A stretch of DNA of 64,000 nt from Calothrix sp. C42_A2020_038 (GTDB lineage Bacteria > Cyanobacteriota > Cyanobacteriia > Cyanobacteriales > Nostocaceae): the NCBI GenBank assembly GCA_015272395.1, contig JACYLQ010000016.1:53385-117384 (forward strand), read 5' to 3'. A program made the position numbers and the translations under genes. Within the stretch, counting starts at the first letter, position 1. Every line of letters begins with the position of its first letter. Below, piece after piece: positions 61,366 to 64,000 of the stretch. The notes below the pieces were generated by a model. The model did not search any database. It saw nothing but the letters and a program-made list of their open reading frames with translations, and was not told the origin of the DNA.

Positions 61366-61923
61366 CTATAATCGCATATTGCGCCGCGTTTTTTCAACCA
61401 ATCGTTTGACTTTTAGATCAAGAGAATAGCCACGACGCGACGATACGACCATAGTACAAGCATAGCGGTCATGTAATGCTTGTTGCCATCGAGTATCGGA
61501 AAAAGCTGCACCGCAATCAATGGCTAGAGGAATTACTAGCAGTATAGCAGTCGGGTTGCGGATAATATTGCCTAGAGCGACTGACACTAAAAGGGCACAC
61601 AAGCAAATAATCGCTTCGCGTTTAAATAAAGACATTAAACCAGGGATGACCGGATTTGCTAATTCCAACACCTTTAGGTCAAATGCCCAACGCCCCAAAC
61701 TTTGACCCTTATTGTTGTAAACTATAACGACTCGTAAAATCAACCAAGCCAAGATGAAAACTAGTATTTGAACAACTTGAATACCAGGTTGACTGCTACC
61801 AAACACAGAACTTAGAAGCCAGACACTAATAAAATCAGTTCCTAAAGCCATCGCACGTCTACTAAAATCAGCTTTGGGGAAATATGGCTCATTTGATGGT
61901 TTGGAATACTTTGTAATAGTCAT
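61366..61923 (-). CDS. RDD family membrane protein
   Basis: ATG is at 61923. It has 3-4 TM helices and an RRAMALGTDF-type RDD N-terminus. Confidence 0.65.
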   Translation of the reverse strand: MTITKYSKPSNEPYFPKADFSRRAMALGTDFISVWLLSSVFGSSQPGIQVVQILVFILAWLILRVVIVYNNKGQSLGRWAFDLKVLELANPVIPGLMSLFKREAIICLCALLVSVALGNIIRNPTAILLVIPLAIDCGAAFSDTRWQQALHDRYACTMVVSSRRGYSLDLKVKRLVEKTRRNMRL

Positions 61924-62089
61924 AATCAAAGGATGGGGAATGGGGGATGGGTGATAGGCAAAAATAGTAAAATCGTATAATTATTTTCTTTATTATCCAC
62001 TCCACACAAGGCTGAGATTCAATCGAAACCAAACTACGACGACTACTCAAGCCAAAAACTAAAAATTTTGATTTAATTTAGTAATCACT

Positions 62090-63331
62090 ATGCTGCCAGT
62101 CAACGAAGCCGAAGCAATTATATACAGCTTGGTGCAACCCCTCGATAGTCAAGTTGATACAGAAATTATTGACTTACCTGCAGCATCTGGACGCATTCTA
62201 GCAAAACCAATTACTAGTCATCTGGACTTTCCTCACTGGGATAACTCGGCGATGGATGGTTATGCAGTACGCTACGAGGATGTAAAAAACTCGAATCTAG
62301 AAAATCCTACTGTATTACAAATCATCGAAGAAATACCTGCTGGCTATCAACCAAAATCAGTATTACAGCTAGGACAAGCTGCGCGCATTTTTACAGGCGC
62401 CATCATCCCAACAGGCGCCGATACAATAGTCATGCAGGAAGTGACACACCGTGAAGAAAATCGGGTTTTGATCAAGGCAGCACCAAAACAAGGTGAATTC
62501 ATCAGAAAAAAAGCATCATATTATCAAGCAGGTGATATTTTGTTACCTGCAGGAATAGTCATAAACGCTCCAGAGATAGCTGTTTTAGCTGCTGCACAGT
62601 GTAATCAACTATGTGTATACCGCAAACTCAAAGTAGCGATATTATCAACTGGAGACGAATTAGTTACAGTAGATAAAACTTTACAACCAGGGCAAATAGT
62701 TGATTCCAATAACTACGCATTAACAGCTTTAGTACAGCACCTAGGCGCCGAAGCAATATCATATGGCATTGTTCCTGATAACGAAGAAGTATTAAAAGCA
62801 ACAATAGAACAAGCTATTAGTAAACCTTTAGGAGGCGCCGATATTGTTATTTCATCTGGTGGAGTATCAGTAGGTGAATATGACTATGTAGAAAAAATTC
62901 TCGAATCGCTAGATGGAAAGTTTCACATTCGTAGTGTTGCCATGAAACCAGGTAAACCCCTAACAGTTGCAGCATTCCCTAACTCGAAACTGTATTTTGG
63001 TTTACCAGGAAACCCAGTATCAGCATTAATAACATTTTGGCGATTTGTACAGCCAGCTATTAAAAAACTATCTGGACTAGCAGATAGTTGGCAAGCTGCG
63101 TTTATAAAAGCAAAAGCATCGAGTGAACTGCGTTCTGATGGTAAACGTGAAACTTACATTTGGGGGAAATTAGAACTTGTAGATGGAGAATACGAATTTG
63201 TTGTTCCAGGTGGGAGTCAAGTTTCGGGCAACTTGATTAATTTAGCGCAAACAAACGGTTTAGCAGTTTTACCAACGGGTACGAAATTAATTTCTCAGGG
63301 AAAAGAAGTGAGAGTATTGATAGTTCGCTGA
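62090..63331 (+). CDS. moeA: molybdopterin molybdenumtransferase
   Basis: SAMDGYAV, TGDEL, SGGVSVGEYDY and GLPGNPVS are present. Confidence 0.9.
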   Translation: MLPVNEAEAIIYSLVQPLDSQVDTEIIDLPAASGRILAKPITSHLDFPHWDNSAMDGYAVRYEDVKNSNLENPTVLQIIEEIPAGYQPKSVLQLGQAARIFTGAIIPTGADTIVMQEVTHREENRVLIKAAPKQGEFIRKKASYYQAGDILLPAGIVINAPEIAVLAAAQCNQLCVYRKLKVAILSTGDELVTVDKTLQPGQIVDSNNYALTALVQHLGAEAISYGIVPDNEEVLKATIEQAISKPLGGADIVISSGGVSVGEYDYVEKILESLDGKFHIRSVAMKPGKPLTVAAFPNSKLYFGLPGNPVSALITFWRFVQPAIKKLSGLADSWQAAFIKAKASSELRSDGKRETYIWGKLELVDGEYEFVVPGGSQVSGNLINLAQTNGLAVLPTGTKLISQGKEVRVLIVR

Positions 63332-63505
63332 CAAATATAGCTGGAGAAATTGAAGAAAACATCTCAAGAGTCTGCTTTTCCTCCAGTATAACCGAGTCTG
63401 ACTACTGCGGAGCTAGAAAAAGCTACTGGTTCATATCATAGGCTTTGGTGCGTAGAAAGATTGGCAACGGATGATGAACCAGCATAACGGATAAAGGAAT
63501 AAGGA

Positions 63506-63757
63506 ATGCGGGCACAATTAGCGCAACAAGAGACATTGGTAGTAAGTGTCTTCCCTGGTCCAGTAGATACTGCAATGTCTGAAGGTCTTGGTTTAGACAC
63601 AGTTCCTCCCATTCAGATTGTCTCTGCGGTATTAGAAGCTGTGGAGCAAGGTATTGAAGATGTGTATCCAGACGCATTGTCGCAGCAGGTATTTGCAGGT
63701 ATTTGTCAACAACCAAAAGCGGTTGAAAAACAGTTTGCCAGCATGTTGCCTCAATGA
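63506..63757 (+). pseudogene. C-terminal remnant of a short-chain dehydrogenase/reductase
   Basis: The 83-aa ORF reads LVVSVFPGPVDTAMS..., the region after the SDR catalytic YxxxK. Only about 170 bp separate it from moeA, so the Rossmann-fold part cannot be present. Confidence 0.5.
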
Positions 63758-63923
63758 GAAAGAAAATCGACAGCTTTTAACTTTAATTCACCAGATTCTC
63801 AGCAAAAACTCAGCAAAGCGGTAGATATTGATGAACTAGAGAGAGACGTAGTGTGTCCAAGTAGCTCAAATTCATACTTTACTTTCTAGTTCATCAAATT
63901 CTAATCCACAGGAACCAAATATC

Positions 63924-64000
63924 ATGAAACTCCAAAATATTTTTGCAACTGTTGCTTTGACTGGTTTAATTACTGTTAGTGGCGCCTCACTAGTTACATT
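63924..64000 (+). CDS. start of a secreted protein (3' end beyond window)
   Basis: The ATG is preceded by AGGAA. MKLQNIFATVALTGLITVSGASLVT looks like a signal peptide. Only 25 codons are visible. Confidence 0.35.
   Translation, partial: MKLQNIFATVALTGLITVSGASLVT

Noticed and set aside
63423-63716. 97-aa minus-strand ORF
   Set aside because: It is antisense to the SDR-like reading frame, which carries a recognisable motif. This ORF has no motif.
63830-63895. 11-bp inverted repeats with ~45-50-nt loops (63830-63840 / 63885-63895, and 51792-51802 / 51853-51863)
   Set aside because: Perfect 11-bp inverted repeats within 100 nt are expected about once or twice by chance in a window of this size. 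The 51792 pair is reported only as part of the GGAGTTAGGAGT word family.

Overview
This is a chromosomal segment of a cyanobacterium. Diagnostic genes are chlB, pcyA, nblA, an HLIP gene, a COP23 protein, a devBCA-type exporter and a FraH-like protein. STRR-like heptamer repeats hint at a filamentous, Nostocales-like lineage, but that cannot be proven here. There are about 58 densely packed protein-coding genes on both strands. Housekeeping genes (mfd, aroA, purN, anmK, rsmG, rph, pgl, an adk-like gene, dcd, thyX, moeA, rpsR-rpmG, RNase II/R, malic enzyme) are interleaved with an unusual amount of Ser/Thr phospho-signalling: two Hanks kinases, an ABC1 kinase, a PP2C phosphatase, two FHA proteins and a hybrid histidine kinase. 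I recognise no rRNA, tRNA, CRISPR array, transposase, integrase or obvious defence or prophage island. The window looks like core chromosome, so I do not claim a clear-cut new system. The best leads are: (i) GGCGCC (plus GCGCGC/CGCGCG) is hyper-iterated much as HIP1 is in other cyanobacteria, while HIP1 itself is absent; (ii) an operon of a FraH-like zinc-ribbon/FHA protein, a small FHA protein and an M50B-like membrane peptidase; (iii) an operon of COP23 and two S1 peptidases, convergent with a Ser/Thr kinase that has an extracytoplasmic domain; (iv) a perfect NtcA box ahead of a Mo-nitrogenase-C-like / cupin / creatininase-family operon; (v) smaller items: duplicated HLR1 boxes before the hli gene, a 16-bp perfect inverted repeat in the purN/TonB-receptor divergent promoter, symmetric 54-bp repeat expansions in the devB coiled coil, a gene-fragment duplication and several small repeat families. 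Where the ORF track began at an unlikely upstream TTG/GTG, I re-picked the start codon by eye.
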